A stretch of DNA of 64,000 bases, taken from positions 32,001 through 96,000 of the IMG/VR virus record IMGVR_UViG_3300025127_006147; one strand, 5' to 3'. The stretch comes from a virus. The notes beneath the pieces are model-generated. The model did not search any database. It saw nothing but the letters and a program-made list of their open reading frames with translations, and was not told where the DNA came from. This document shows positions 17,677 to 29,300 of this stretch, piece by piece. Position numbers and translations under genes: made by a program. Positions within the stretch are counted from its first letter, which is position 1. Each line of letters begins with the position of its first letter.

Positions 17677-18435
17677 ATGGACCCAAGAGAATACTCAGAC
17701 CCGTCACAATCAAACATCCCTTATGATGTGGTACCATTACCATCTAAAGGTATGTTTTACAAAAACAAACTGGAGTCTGTAAAGGTAACATATCTCACCG
17801 CAGCAGATGAAAATCTTTTAAGTTCCCCTAATATTGTTGAAAGTGGAAATATAATAGATGAACTACTTAGAAGAAAAATTTTAGGTAGTGAAGTTAACAT
17901 AACCGAAATGTTAGAATGTGATAAACAAGCTGTTCTAATATTTTTACGTAATACTGCTTTTGGACCAGTATATGAATTCACTTTAACTGACCCACAAACC
18001 AAACAAACATTTAATCACTCACACGATTTAAGTAACGTGAGTATGAAGGAGTTTAATTTAGTTGCTGATGAAAAGGGAGAGTTTTCTTACACACTTCCTA
18101 TAACAAAAAAAGTAGTTAAATTTAAATTCTTAAGTTCAACACAAGAAACAGAACTAACCAATATAGACACACAATATCAAGGACGAATTTCACCTAAAGT
18201 AACAAAAAGACTAGAATATCTTATACAAGAGATAGAGGGTGAAAGAGATAAGGGTAATTTAGCACAAATGATTCAATCAATGCCCATAAAAGATTCTCAG
18301 GAGTTTAGAAACTACGTTAGAGATAACGAACCTGGGTTGGATTTAAAAATAACAGTTAGGGCACCGTCAGGAGAAGAGGTTACAACTTCGGTTGTTCTTG
18401 GTGCCCATTTTTTTCGTCCTTTCTTCGGATTATAG
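17677..18435 (+). CDS. Baseplate hub / tail assembly chaperone (gp26-like)
   Basis: VVPLPSKGMFY, VTYLTAADENLL, KVVKFKFL, MPIKDSQEFRNY...EPGLDL; lies between tube and tape measure. Confidence 0.75.
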   Translation: MDPREYSDPSQSNIPYDVVPLPSKGMFYKNKLESVKVTYLTAADENLLSSPNIVESGNIIDELLRRKILGSEVNITEMLECDKQAVLIFLRNTAFGPVYEFTLTDPQTKQTFNHSHDLSNVSMKEFNLVADEKGEFSYTLPITKKVVKFKFLSSTQETELTNIDTQYQGRISPKVTKRLEYLIQEIEGERDKGNLAQMIQSMPIKDSQEFRNYVRDNEPGLDLKITVRAPSGEEVTTSVVLGAHFFRPFFGL

Positions 18436-18610
18436 GCAGGGTGTGCTCGACGAAATCTATTATCTAGTAAAATTCGCAAATTTTAATCATCAAGACTTAA
18501 CAAATATGCCTGTTTATGAACGTAGGTACTATCTTGGCAAACTTATAGAAGAGTTTGATAAGAAAAAAGAAGCTGCGGAAAAACAAAAGAACAAGTCAGG
18601 TGGGTTTTAA
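18392..18610 (+). CDS. Second tail-chaperone ORF (gp51-like / lambda gpT analogue), probably the frameshift extension
   Basis: SSDYRQGVLDEIYYLVKFANF..DLTNMPVYERRYYLGKL; only a TTG start inside the upstream gene; +1 frame. Confidence 0.65.
   Translation: MFLVPIFFVLSSDYRQGVLDEIYYLVKFANFNHQDLTNMPVYERRYYLGKLIEEFDKKKEAAEKQKNKSGGF
18406..18418 (+). promoter_or_regulatory. Candidate +1 (or -2) ribosomal frameshift site CAT_TTT_TTT_CGT_C
   Basis: T7 run followed by CGTC inside the overlap of the chaperone ORF and the +1-frame ORF. Confidence 0.55.
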
Positions 18611-18625
18611 AAATAGATAATTATC

Positions 18626-18633
18626 TATTTATA
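18626..18633 (+). promoter_or_regulatory. Candidate late promoter TATTTATA
   Basis: 12 nt upstream of ATG 18646. Confidence 0.5.
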
Positions 18634-18645
18634 TAAAAAAAGACT

Positions 18646-20715
18646 ATGGCTATGGAATCTTTAAATACACCGTGGAATAAGTTGACACCAACTCAACAAG
18701 CACAATATCCTGGTGGTCAAGCACAGTGGCAAAACTTACAAAGACAATTTAAAAGTAACCAGACCAAACAAACCGAATCTAACGATAATCTAGCGGAAGG
18801 TCAAAACAAACTTACAGGGATACTTACTAAAAACTTAAGTTTATGGACTAATCTAAGTCAATCCATAGTAAACGCGAATGAAGCTCAAACTACCCTTAAT
18901 AGTGTTACCGATATCGCGGTAGCAGCTCTACAAAGAGAACAAAAAATACGTACCGAAATAGTCCAAGAGTTAGGACAAGTTGGAAAACTCCAACTAATGC
19001 AAAACCAAAATATCCAACAAGCTGCGATAGAAGCTGAAAGATATGGTGTGAGTTTAGATGAGACATTGACCACTATGGTTAGTCTTGCTCAGGCTATGGG
19101 TAGAAACATGTTTATATCAGACGAGGATTTAGCTAGAGTAGCCATTTTCCAAAAATCCATGGGTCTTACCAGTACTGAAGCTGCAAATGTAGCTCAATTC
19201 TTTGACCAAATGGGATTATCTGTAGGAGAAGCTATAGACAAAGGTAATGAAATGGCCACAGTCGCAAGACAGATGGGAGTTAATGTTGGTGATTTCATGA
19301 GTACAATTTCAGGTAATATGAAATTGATGAATACCTTTAATTTTGCAGATGGAGTACAAGGATTTGCAAAAATGGCCGCACAAGCACAAAAATTGGGTAT
19401 CAGTATGGAGACCACCGCTGCTTTAGCAGAAAAAGTGATGGACCCAGAGGGAGCTATAGAATTAGCTGCAAATTTACAAGTAATTGGTGGAGCCGCTGGT
19501 GATTTAGCTGACCCATTTAAATTAATGTACATGGCTACAAACGATTTAGCTGGACTACAAGACTCCTTAGTTGAAGCGGGACAAGAACTTGCGATGTTTA
19601 ATGAAGAAACTGGTGAAATTTCTTTCCCACCTACAGCACAAAGACAACTACGTGCTATGGCAGAGGCATTAGGGATGAATAAAGACGAGTTTGCTCAAAT
19701 GATTAAACTACAAACGAAGTTTAAATCTATGCAAAATCAGTTCTCTTTTGAATTAGAAGGTAGAGAGGACATGCAAGAGTTTGTAACTAGTATGGCTAGT
19801 TTAAATCAACAAACTGGAAAATATGAAATTAAAGTTCCTGGTCTAGAGGACGCGGTTGAAATAGAAGACCTAACATCTAGACAATTAGACGCTTTAAAAG
19901 AAGTCCAAGACCAACAAAACATGACCGAAAAAGAGTTAATGGCGGAACAAACAGGACTCTTACAAAATATTGACAATAATACCAACGCTTTAAACAGTGC
20001 TTTATTAGCTGGTGTAGACCAAGGTTTGAATTTGGGTAAGATTGATGTAGATTTAAGTCAAGCGATAAGTAAAGCTTTCAGTTCTGACGAACTAGGTAAA
20101 GTTAGTGAACAATTTGCAGGACTACTATCAAGTGGTGTTGAGAATGTATTTGGTGATGAATTGTCAAATATTACAGAAATGATTGCTGGTGGTGGAAATG
20201 TTATGCAAGCTCTTATGGGCACAGCGATGAGTGGTACAGTGGATTTAATGTCATTAATGACCGAAGCGAGCCAAAAAGACTTTGTTGTACAACAAGGGTA
20301 TTTTAAAATTAGTGAAATGACCGCAGAAGGTGAAAACGCTAATGATTTTGAACTAGGTCCTGGTGAAGCTAAAGCGGTATTAACAGAGAGTGGTTTTGTA
20401 ATACCTTCAGTAAATGACACAGTAAGTGGTGTTGATTTAACAGCTGGTGCTAGAGGAGCAAACTTAGGTTCCTTAGTTAGTAATGCACAAACATTACCGC
20501 AACAAACTATGAAAGTAGAGTTTACGGGACTACCTTCCAGAATACCAATTGAATTAAACGGAACAAATATGGGTGACTTTAATTGGAGAGGATTGATTGG
20601 TAATAATTTATTCATGCAGAACTTAAAATCTATGTTAATTGAAACTAACTTAACTAGTGCTCCTGGTTTAGACAACGAAAGAGAACTTGCAAGGTATACT
20701 GAGTTATCAGCATAA
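18646..20715 (+). CDS. Tape measure protein
   Basis: Ala/Gln/Met-rich helical sequence directly after the chaperone pair. Confidence 0.7.
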   Translation: MAMESLNTPWNKLTPTQQAQYPGGQAQWQNLQRQFKSNQTKQTESNDNLAEGQNKLTGILTKNLSLWTNLSQSIVNANEAQTTLNSVTDIAVAALQREQKIRTEIVQELGQVGKLQLMQNQNIQQAAIEAERYGVSLDETLTTMVSLAQAMGRNMFISDEDLARVAIFQKSMGLTSTEAANVAQFFDQMGLSVGEAIDKGNEMATVARQMGVNVGDFMSTISGNMKLMNTFNFADGVQGFAKMAAQAQKLGISMETTAALAEKVMDPEGAIELAANLQVIGGAAGDLADPFKLMYMATNDLAGLQDSLVEAGQELAMFNEETGEISFPPTAQRQLRAMAEALGMNKDEFAQMIKLQTKFKSMQNQFSFELEGREDMQEFVTSMASLNQQTGKYEIKVPGLEDAVEIEDLTSRQLDALKEVQDQQNMTEKELMAEQTGLLQNIDNNTNALNSALLAGVDQGLNLGKIDVDLSQAISKAFSSDELGKVSEQFAGLLSSGVENVFGDELSNITEMIAGGGNVMQALMGTAMSGTVDLMSLMTEASQKDFVVQQGYFKISEMTAEGENANDFELGPGEAKAVLTESGFVIPSVNDTVSGVDLTAGARGANLGSLVSNAQTLPQQTMKVEFTGLPSRIPIELNGTNMGDFNWRGLIGNNLFMQNLKSMLIETNLTSAPGLDNERELARYTELSA

Positions 20716-20747
20716 CAAAAGAAACTCTTAATATTTCTATTATGGAA

Positions 20748-20755
20748 TATTTATA
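20748..20755 (+). promoter_or_regulatory. Candidate late promoter TATTTATA
   Basis: 16 nt upstream of ATG 20772. Confidence 0.5.
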
Positions 20756-20771
20756 TTAAAAAAGAGACAAT

Positions 20772-23700
20772 ATGCCAGGGTCACCACAAAATAATAATTT
20801 TTCTTCATTAAGTTTTTCAGGAACTAAAGCTCTTAGAGATTTACTTCTAACTAAAAACTTACCTAACCCAGAAGGTTTGGGACCATACGGTAACTTTACA
20901 AATGCAACATATTCTACGGCTTCTTTATCAGTTAAAGATGTTGTAGACCAACCACCAGTAGAAGAAAATTCGGAGATGTTTTTAAATAAACTTTATTTAA
21001 ACAACGCTTACGGCCCAGAAGGAGGTTATTCTGACTTTGTTAAAATTTACACAACTAGTCAAGGAGTAGCTAAGGTTAATGAAGGTGAGTATCCAGATTT
21101 TACAGCACCCGAAACAGGAACTGGTTTATTCGGTGAAAATCCATTTAGGTTAGTGGGTAGATATTACTCACCGATAGACATACTTTTAGGTGTGTCCGCG
21201 GAAGGACTATTATCACAAACATTATTAGAAGATAGCCCACTTCAACAAGCTGGAGCTATTCAGTTAAGAGCAGAATTCCAAGAAAGGATAGCTCAGGAAC
21301 TTTATCAAGAAACTATAGGTAGATTAAGTTTTGTTGACGCTTTACAAGACCCTGTAGACGCATTAGAGATAGTAACTGGTAGACAACCATTAATAGATAG
21401 AAACTACAGTATAACACAACCTAAATCACTTGTAGGACAAGGTTTAGATTTTGTATCAAGACTTACTGGTGTTTATGTGCCTTATTCTTATATTCCTGGA
21501 GACTATTTTGAATTAGAACCACCAAGAGGATTAAGTACCGCTGGTAAAATAATATCAGATGTTACTGGTATTTTAGGTAGTTTAGTGGGAATTCCAAGAA
21601 GAAGACAATCACCATCACAAAGATTTTTAGAATATACTGGTGGTGGAACAAAATCAAAATTATTTAAAGCTATTAGATATAACAAATATGGTCCACAGTA
21701 TGGTGAAGGTGCACAAGCACAAACAGCTATTGGTGCTGGATTTGGTGAAGCTATAGACTTTATTGGTGGTGGAATACTAGGTTTTGGTAATAACCCACCT
21801 AATAGACCACAATATATCGGTGGACCAAGGAATAGAGTAGCTGATATGACTAGTCCTCCAGACAATACATTTGCTGGTAAAAATTATGTTCCTATGTTTG
21901 GACCAGACGCGGTGGCAAAGGAATTCGATTCTAACGAATATGAGTTTGGAATGAAAGGTAGAGCGTATACTAACCAAGGGAATGTTCCTGGTGGTTTTAC
22001 TTGGTTTACTGATAAAACACCTGGTGGTGGTTTCTTAAATAGTGTAGCGTCTTTATTCAATAATAACGCTAATAATAATAGAATAGGACCACAAGAACCA
22101 GGAGCTACACAAGGACCAGAAGCCTCAACAGACGATACTACCCGTTATCAAACACCAAACAACTACGACAGTACTAAATCTACTAACTATAAATTTAGGG
22201 AGGACAGTATAATGGACACCACCCAACAAATCATAGATTCTGTACCTAAAGGAGGTGCTGCATTAAAATCTGTGTCTCATGCCATGAATCAAGTTAGTAA
22301 AGTTTTTAATGATGGGTACAAAGAACTAACCAAAGGTTCTAGGGTTAGAAAATATGTAAATACAGACCCAACATCAGGTCAAGGTGTTGAAGAGGCAAGA
22401 GAATATTGTAGAGTATGGACAAAAGATGTTCCATATTACACATATGATAGATTAGTCAGGTTTAATATGAACCATAGAAAAGAAACTTATTCTGTTTTAG
22501 ATAGTCCATATAATTTAAATATTGCACCCCATAGAACAGATGAAAGTGGAAAAGGTTCTAGTAATATTGTTGATGGTAAAGTTAAAAAATATATGTTTTC
22601 TATAGAAAATTTAGCGTGGAGAACTAGTGGAGAACCAGGGTTTACATATGACGATTTACCTTCATGTGAAAAAGGCCCAAATGGAGGTAGAGTAATGTGG
22701 TTCCCACCATATGATTTAAGTGTTGACGAATCTAGTTCTGCAAATTGGACAGAAAATAATTTCTTAGGTAGACCAGAACCAATTTACACATATAATAACA
22801 CTAATAGAACTGGAAGTTTAAGATTTAGGATAGTGGTAGACCACCCGAGTATTTTAAACTTGTTAGTTAGAAAAGAATTGGAAAAACTAGGTCCAGAAGA
22901 AACGGATGCTATAGTAGACTCTTTCTTTGCTGGGTGTAAAAGATATGATATATTTGATTTAGCTAGAAAATGGAAACAATTTTCAGTTAATGAATTAGCT
23001 TCTTTAAATGAACAACTTAATACACCTGGTCTATCTGATAGAGCAACTAGAGAAATAATAAATGAATCAGCTACAGAAGAACCTGAAAAAATAGTAGAAA
23101 TACCAGAACCTAACTTACCAGATGGGTTAACTTTTTATTTTGATAACGATTATCCTAATCCAAATACTTCTAGAATAACTTCTACTGTTAGTTATGTCGC
23201 GTGTGCTGAAGGAAGTATGTCTAAATTTGGACAGTACTTGGTACCTGGAGGAACATCATTCCAACCTCAAATAGACAGAGCTACCACAAACGATAAAGCA
23301 GGTTTAACTAATTTCTTTGAAGAAAAAGCTTATAGTGAATACCAAGATAAATGGCCTACATTTGCACGTGAATTAAAAAGGGTGTTGGATACAGGGTTAT
23401 GGGAAGTCACACTAAATTTTAAAGGGTCTGCAAGTTCCATAGCCTCTAATTCTTATAATAAAAAACTTTCTAAAAGAAGACTAGACTCTGTTGTACAGAT
23501 GTTTCAAGAATATGAAATAGATGGTAAAAACGCTTTTAATAATTATTTAACTTCAGGTGACTTATCTATACCTACGGGTGAAGCTTTAGGAGAAGAGTTT
23601 TGTAATAATGTTTTATATTCAGCGACAACAGGTACTGGTGAGGCAGGAGAATCTGGAGCTGTTTATTCTGCTCCTGCAGCTAGTTGTAGATACGTTACTA

Positions 23701-25823
23701 TATCTTCAGTTAATTTGGTACCTAAACCACAACCCGAACCTGAACCAGAACCAAAACCACCAGTAGATAGAAAAAGAATTAGACCAATACAACAACAAGA
23801 AGAACTTAATATAGAAAAAGATAAAAATACTAGGAGAGAAATAGCTAATAAAGTTTTAATGAAAATGGTTACCGAATGTGACTATTTTGATATGATTCAA
23901 GAAGAAAACGAATTTATTTACGATTCTTTAAAACAAAAATTTAAATTTTTTCACCCAGCATTTCACGCTATTACACCAGAAGGGTTAAATAGTAGACTTA
24001 CCTTCCTTAATCAATGTGTAAGACCAGGAGCGACAATACCTACAGTTGTAGATAAAAATGGTACATTAAATAGGAGTGTTGATGCTAAAAATACATCTTT
24101 TGGTGCACCCCCTATATGTGTGTTAAGATTTGGAGATTTTTATCACACTAAGATTGCTATAAATCAAGTTTCTTTAACTTATGATGAAAACTTGTTGGAT
24201 TTAAATCCAGAGGGTATAGGTGTACAACCTATGATAGCTACTGTAAGTCTTAACTTTAATTTTATTGGTGGACAAGGATTAAAAGAACCCGTAAATCAAC
24301 TTCAGAACGCGTTATCGTTTAATTTCTTTGGTAATACTGAAATGTATGATGATAGAGCGGTATTAACAGTGACAGACGATGACCCAGATGAACAAGCCTG
24401 GATTGCTGAAAATTCAGACTTAATTAACAATACTGGTTTAGAAAACCCTGAAGGTACAGCTGATGAAACAGACGAACAAGACACATCAGCAAATGATGGA
24501 ATAACTATTGGTGATAGAACTAATTCATACGGTGGAACAACTGGACAAACTGGAACAATTAATTACAAAAATAATTGGAATGATTTAAGTAATGCAGCTT
24601 ACGAATATATTACTAGTACTAACAACGATTTATTTAATTACGTTAAAAATCAAAACTACGCAGGATTAAAAATATTCTTTGATAAAAAACAAATGTTTGA
24701 GGGTGAGTATACTGTTGCTACATCAACAGGTCCAATAGGTACTTCTGGAAATTTAATAGGCACATCAAAAGGTTGGGAAGTAAGACTTAAATCGATTGAG
24801 GATGATTATAAATCTAAAATTGAGGGAGGGACAACCCACATACAGATTTTAGCTACAGACCTAACACCAACCCAAGAAGACGATTTAAAAACATTCTTAT
24901 TAGAACAATTAGATTTAAATATATCAGATTATGAATACCAGTTTACACAGTTGGACCTAGATTTAAAAGCGGCCACACTAAAATATGTAAAAAATATAAA
25001 TGCGTTAAATATTATTAATAGTGGTGGTGACGGTTATGGTGAAAATGGTAAATGGACGGTATTAAAGTTATCGGGAGGTTCCGAAACGTATCCAGTAGCT
25101 AACGGTGTGACAGCACCAACAGATACACTAGAAGAATTAGGCAACGACTACAATTACTTAACCAACCTAATAACGTGTTATAGTCAAATTTATAATGGAG
25201 ACGATAATGGATTATCCGTAGGTAATGTCCTTAATGACGTTATAAGTGCCAAACTTACTGGCCCTAATGAATTACAGATGGGTGTGTTAGGTGGAGTAGG
25301 TAACACATTTAGTTCTCCATCTGCATCAAATTTAACCCCGTTTATTATGGAGTATTACTTATTTGGTATGGACTTAATGGACCAATCTACAATAGACTCT
25401 TTAGTTACTACTAATATTCAACCACTAAAAGATAATAATAGAAATTATACTGGACCAGCACTTTTTATAGATAATATGGTTAATGTACTTTATCCACCAC
25501 CATTTACAGTTCCTAACTGGGTAAGTACTTTTAGAAATGAAGTATCTCAGTACATCGCACTTAATGAAGATTTTTATATGAGAAAATTATTAGACATTAA
25601 AGAAGAATTTGTAGATAAAATGACACCACAAGGCAAGAGTACATTATCACAAGGACTAACCAACTTAATATACCCAACAAACTTAACTGACTTGAAAGAT
25701 GATAAAAAACGTGAAATGACATATGAACAGATTACTGACCAAAGTATAGAGGCCGAATTAAGAAAGTACGCGAGTAAAACAAATCAAGGTCCAGACAGTA
25801 GTTTTAATTTAAAATTTAATTAA
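20772..25823 (+). CDS. Large baseplate hub / tube-initiator protein with internal OmpA-like domain
   Basis: WFPPYDLSVDESSSANW...GRPEPIYTYNNTNR and PPICVLRFGDFYHTKI (tube-initiator-like folds); FYFDND...GSASS...YNKKLSKRRLDSV (OmpA-like); PEPEPEPKP linker. Confidence 0.6.
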   Translation: MPGSPQNNNFSSLSFSGTKALRDLLLTKNLPNPEGLGPYGNFTNATYSTASLSVKDVVDQPPVEENSEMFLNKLYLNNAYGPEGGYSDFVKIYTTSQGVAKVNEGEYPDFTAPETGTGLFGENPFRLVGRYYSPIDILLGVSAEGLLSQTLLEDSPLQQAGAIQLRAEFQERIAQELYQETIGRLSFVDALQDPVDALEIVTGRQPLIDRNYSITQPKSLVGQGLDFVSRLTGVYVPYSYIPGDYFELEPPRGLSTAGKIISDVTGILGSLVGIPRRRQSPSQRFLEYTGGGTKSKLFKAIRYNKYGPQYGEGAQAQTAIGAGFGEAIDFIGGGILGFGNNPPNRPQYIGGPRNRVADMTSPPDNTFAGKNYVPMFGPDAVAKEFDSNEYEFGMKGRAYTNQGNVPGGFTWFTDKTPGGGFLNSVASLFNNNANNNRIGPQEPGATQGPEASTDDTTRYQTPNNYDSTKSTNYKFREDSIMDTTQQIIDSVPKGGAALKSVSHAMNQVSKVFNDGYKELTKGSRVRKYVNTDPTSGQGVEEAREYCRVWTKDVPYYTYDRLVRFNMNHRKETYSVLDSPYNLNIAPHRTDESGKGSSNIVDGKVKKYMFSIENLAWRTSGEPGFTYDDLPSCEKGPNGGRVMWFPPYDLSVDESSSANWTENNFLGRPEPIYTYNNTNRTGSLRFRIVVDHPSILNLLVRKELEKLGPEETDAIVDSFFAGCKRYDIFDLARKWKQFSVNELASLNEQLNTPGLSDRATREIINESATEEPEKIVEIPEPNLPDGLTFYFDNDYPNPNTSRITSTVSYVACAEGSMSKFGQYLVPGGTSFQPQIDRATTNDKAGLTNFFEEKAYSEYQDKWPTFARELKRVLDTGLWEVTLNFKGSASSIASNSYNKKLSKRRLDSVVQMFQEYEIDGKNAFNNYLTSGDLSIPTGEALGEEFCNNVLYSATTGTGEAGESGAVYSAPAASCRYVTISSVNLVPKPQPEPEPEPKPPVDRKRIRPIQQQEELNIEKDKNTRREIANKVLMKMVTECDYFDMIQEENEFIYDSLKQKFKFFHPAFHAITPEGLNSRLTFLNQCVRPGATIPTVVDKNGTLNRSVDAKNTSFGAPPICVLRFGDFYHTKIAINQVSLTYDENLLDLNPEGIGVQPMIATVSLNFNFIGGQGLKEPVNQLQNALSFNFFGNTEMYDDRAVLTVTDDDPDEQAWIAENSDLINNTGLENPEGTADETDEQDTSANDGITIGDRTNSYGGTTGQTGTINYKNNWNDLSNAAYEYITSTNNDLFNYVKNQNYAGLKIFFDKKQMFEGEYTVATSTGPIGTSGNLIGTSKGWEVRLKSIEDDYKSKIEGGTTHIQILATDLTPTQEDDLKTFLLEQLDLNISDYEYQFTQLDLDLKAATLKYVKNINALNIINSGGDGYGENGKWTVLKLSGGSETYPVANGVTAPTDTLEELGNDYNYLTNLITCYSQIYNGDDNGLSVGNVLNDVISAKLTGPNELQMGVLGGVGNTFSSPSASNLTPFIMEYYLFGMDLMDQSTIDSLVTTNIQPLKDNNRNYTGPALFIDNMVNVLYPPPFTVPNWVSTFRNEVSQYIALNEDFYMRKLLDIKEEFVDKMTPQGKSTLSQGLTNLIYPTNLTDLKDDKKREMTYEQITDQSIEAELRKYASKTNQGPDSSFNLKFN

Positions 25824-25825
25824 TT

Positions 25826-26326
25826 ATGGCTAGATATTATAATAGATATAGTGATTTTAATATAAATGGAGAAAACCTTACTGTGCCATTTCTTAAACTA
25901 CCATCACTACCAACAGATAAAAAAACAATTTATAAAGTTAACAGTTCCAGATTAGATAAAATTAGTCAACAATATTATGATAGCCCTTACTTTGGTTGGT
26001 TAATTTTACAAGCTAATCCACAGGTTGGTGGGTTAGAATGGAATATTAAAGACGGACAAGTATTGATTGTTCCGTATCCTTTAGTAGCTTCTTTGCAAAA
26101 TTATAAACAAGCGGTAGACGACTATTTTTTCTTCTACGGTAAAAATTTACCTATGAATACATATACTGTTCCTAATATAACTTCAACACCAATAACCTAT
26201 GTAGCACCTGTATCTAATGGTACAAGTACAACACAGGGTAGTAACAACACAACTGGAACTCAAGGAACCATAAACACCACACCTAACACGTCTAATGGTG
26301 GTGGTTCATATTCGTCTTCTTATTAA
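25826..26326 (+). CDS. LysM-like baseplate wedge protein (gp53-like)
   Basis: SRLDKISQQYYDSPYFGWLILQANP; T/N/G/S low-complexity tail. Confidence 0.7.
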   Translation: MARYYNRYSDFNINGENLTVPFLKLPSLPTDKKTIYKVNSSRLDKISQQYYDSPYFGWLILQANPQVGGLEWNIKDGQVLIVPYPLVASLQNYKQAVDDYFFFYGKNLPMNTYTVPNITSTPITYVAPVSNGTSTTQGSNNTTGTQGTINTTPNTSNGGGSYSSSY

Positions 26327-26340
26327 CTGTATGATTAATT

Positions 26341-29300
26341 ATGGCAAATGAAATTTCTAATGGTGATAATGTCTTAGTAGAGTTTTCCGAAAACAATATA
26401 TTACTAGTAGACCCTAATAGAGTATTTGAGGGTGGAAGAGTAAAAGACCGTTTAGTTGACTCTGAAAATTTGGTTATATACGCTAGTTTAAAAGCTAGGG
26501 TAGTACCTCGTAGTAAATTAATTAGTGGTGCGGGAGTTGACAACCAGACACCAGAAGCGTTCGTAGATGTTTTTGAAGGAGAAATAAATTTTCTAAAACC
26601 CCAAGGAAAAGACTATTATACAAGTGATTGGACTGACACACAAACAGGCAAAGGATTTGGAAGTGAAGCAGGTTCTTTTAATCAAAGGGTACAAACTAGT
26701 ACTATTGGAGCTAACGGACAATTACTATTCAAAGAACAAATTAGAAATAAAATAGATTCCGAAGGTTTTGGTATTAATAACATTTCAGTAACACTTAACA
26801 GAGCGTTTACACCAATAGTTAATATTACTTTTACTGACGTTAGGGGTCAAACATTATTTGAACAAGGCCCTAATTCACCATATGCTGCTTTTTTCCAATT
26901 ACCATATCCTTTATTTAAATTAAAATTAAAAGGTTATTATGGTAAAGCGGTGGAGTATCAGTTAATGTTGGAAAAATTTAACGCGTCTTTTGATTCTAGT
27001 ACTGGAAATTATAATGTAACTTGTAATTTTAAAGGTAGGGTTACCGCTTTATTAGCTGATATTACCTTACAAGAAATGCGTATAGCACCTTATATGTTTG
27101 CTAGGTCATATGAGATAGAAACTGGAGAAGATGAAAAATCTTCTTTTATAAGTAGCAGAGGTAGACAAACCTTAAGTCAAGTTTATGCAGCTTATAAATC
27201 AAAAGGTCTAATTGGAGAAAGTTTACCTGATTTAACTATAGATGACTTAATTGAAAGAATAAAACAATTAGAAACTGATATAGAAAAAAAATTAAAAAGT
27301 TATAATTTAGACGCTTTAGATGACATTGAGACTTATGACAAGTATTCTACTTCCTATAGAAATAAAATACTTGCTTCTGGAGGTTGGAGAGCAACCTATA
27401 TAGATAATGATATAAATTCTGTAAGTGGCCCACAAGTAGATATATCTACAGATGTGGTTTATTATCAGTTTAAAAAAACATATAGAGATAATCCCGTAAA
27501 ACAAAAAGACGCTTTTGAAAATTTAAAGAAAAGGATAAAAGAAGGTAATGAAGCTTTACTTAGAAATAAAACATTTGGTAAAGGGGGAAAACAGGCGATT
27601 CCTGTAGATATAAAATTAGAAGATTTTGAAAGTTCACCCCCTACAGGGTTTGAAGACAGTACTAGTAATTGGTTTAGGTTTGATGTTTTTGAAGAAAAAA
27701 TTGGTAAAATAATTACAGTATTTAACACAAAAAGAACTGAGATTGAAACCACACTAACATCTGCTGTTAATGAAGTTGTGATAGAATCGTTAGGGTTTAA
27801 CCCAACAGTTAGAAATATATTTGCGATTATGATAGCTCATGCAGATACATTCTTAAGATTGATGGACGAAACCCACACCCAAGCTTTCGAAGTTAGAGAT
27901 GAACTAGATAGATTGAATGCGGTTAAAGGACCAGGAAATCCTAGTAGTGCTGATGAAGATGTTATAGTTTATCCTTGGCCACATTATTATATTGAAGAAA
28001 CAACAGAAAACGGACCACAATATGTAAGTACTTATCCTGGTTCACCCAAAGTTTTAGGACAAACCAAAGCTTATAACGCCACACTATGGCCTGAAGTTAA
28101 CTTTGTCGAAGAATTTTTTAAAGCACAAGTAATTAGTAATTCGGACACTAAACCCGAATTTTCTGTAAATACTGTGGGTGGTAATTGGGTACCCATATCT
28201 TCTTTTGAGTTGGGAGAAGAACAAGTTTATATAAACAAAGCTACAGTCCCATTCAACTACGAAATCTGGGACCGTTCAGTAGCTTTTTCATGTTTTTATG
28301 GTTTAGCTACTAGATTAAAAGATAATGTTGCTAAAAATACCTATTATGAATTATCTAAAATAGAAGCAGCAAATATAAAAGAATATCTTACAGGCCTGTT
28401 GGACCTTAACGAATTATTAAAAAATCAAAATTTTGATTATAATACTTACATAGATTACTTACAACAAATTTCACCACTAAATAACTACCAACTCTTATTA
28501 AGAGACCAGTTTAGTACACCCTACATTAGAGAAAAAGTTAATAACTCCACTTTTACTATTAGACCATTTAATTCTTTTAAAAGTTTAACATATCAACTAA
28601 ATGATGGTGAAATAGAAAGTTCATTAGAGTCTTTAAATACTGTATTAGCTTCTGGAAACATAAGAGAAAATAATATTTTAGAAACTTTTCCTTTTTCTCA
28701 TTTTGTTTCTAATGCACCAAACACTTCCTGGACAGTAAATAATTTAGCTGGTGGAGTACAAATATCTAGTTATGAAAATTTAAACAGTATATCACAGAGT
28801 ATAAGTTATCAATCAGACCAAAAAGTTTTTGCATCAATTATACCTAATAACACTACCTCATCTGTTATAGAAAATATTCAATTTTATACTGATGGGGATT
28901 GGGCAGCAAAAACAGCTATAACAGATTTAGCCACAAAAATAGATACAAGATTTATAAACAATCAAAATACTAAAAATTCTTGGCAAGTATTTTTCGATAA
29001 TGTACAATTCCAAGAAAACTCATCTTATGTTTCTAACCAAAATTTGGTAACTACAGAAGGTAGTTTGAATTATGGGGATGATTATGGTGGAGATATATCC
29101 TCTAAACAAATAACTTCATTATTAAATACACCATACTTTATTAATAGTTTAGTGGAAGGTGTAAATAATGAAATTAATAATACTAGTAATCCCTATAAAT
29201 CAGCAGCCTACTTATTTTTAAATTCATTACCTTTACCCACACTAAGAGAAAAAACATTATTATCTAATCAGTCTACATATAACTTATATGGTGATTATAT

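Noticed and set aside
20058-20675. 205-aa minus-strand ORF
   Set aside because: Antisense shadow of the tape measure gene; Ser/Pro/Ile-rich mirror composition, no promoter or motifs.
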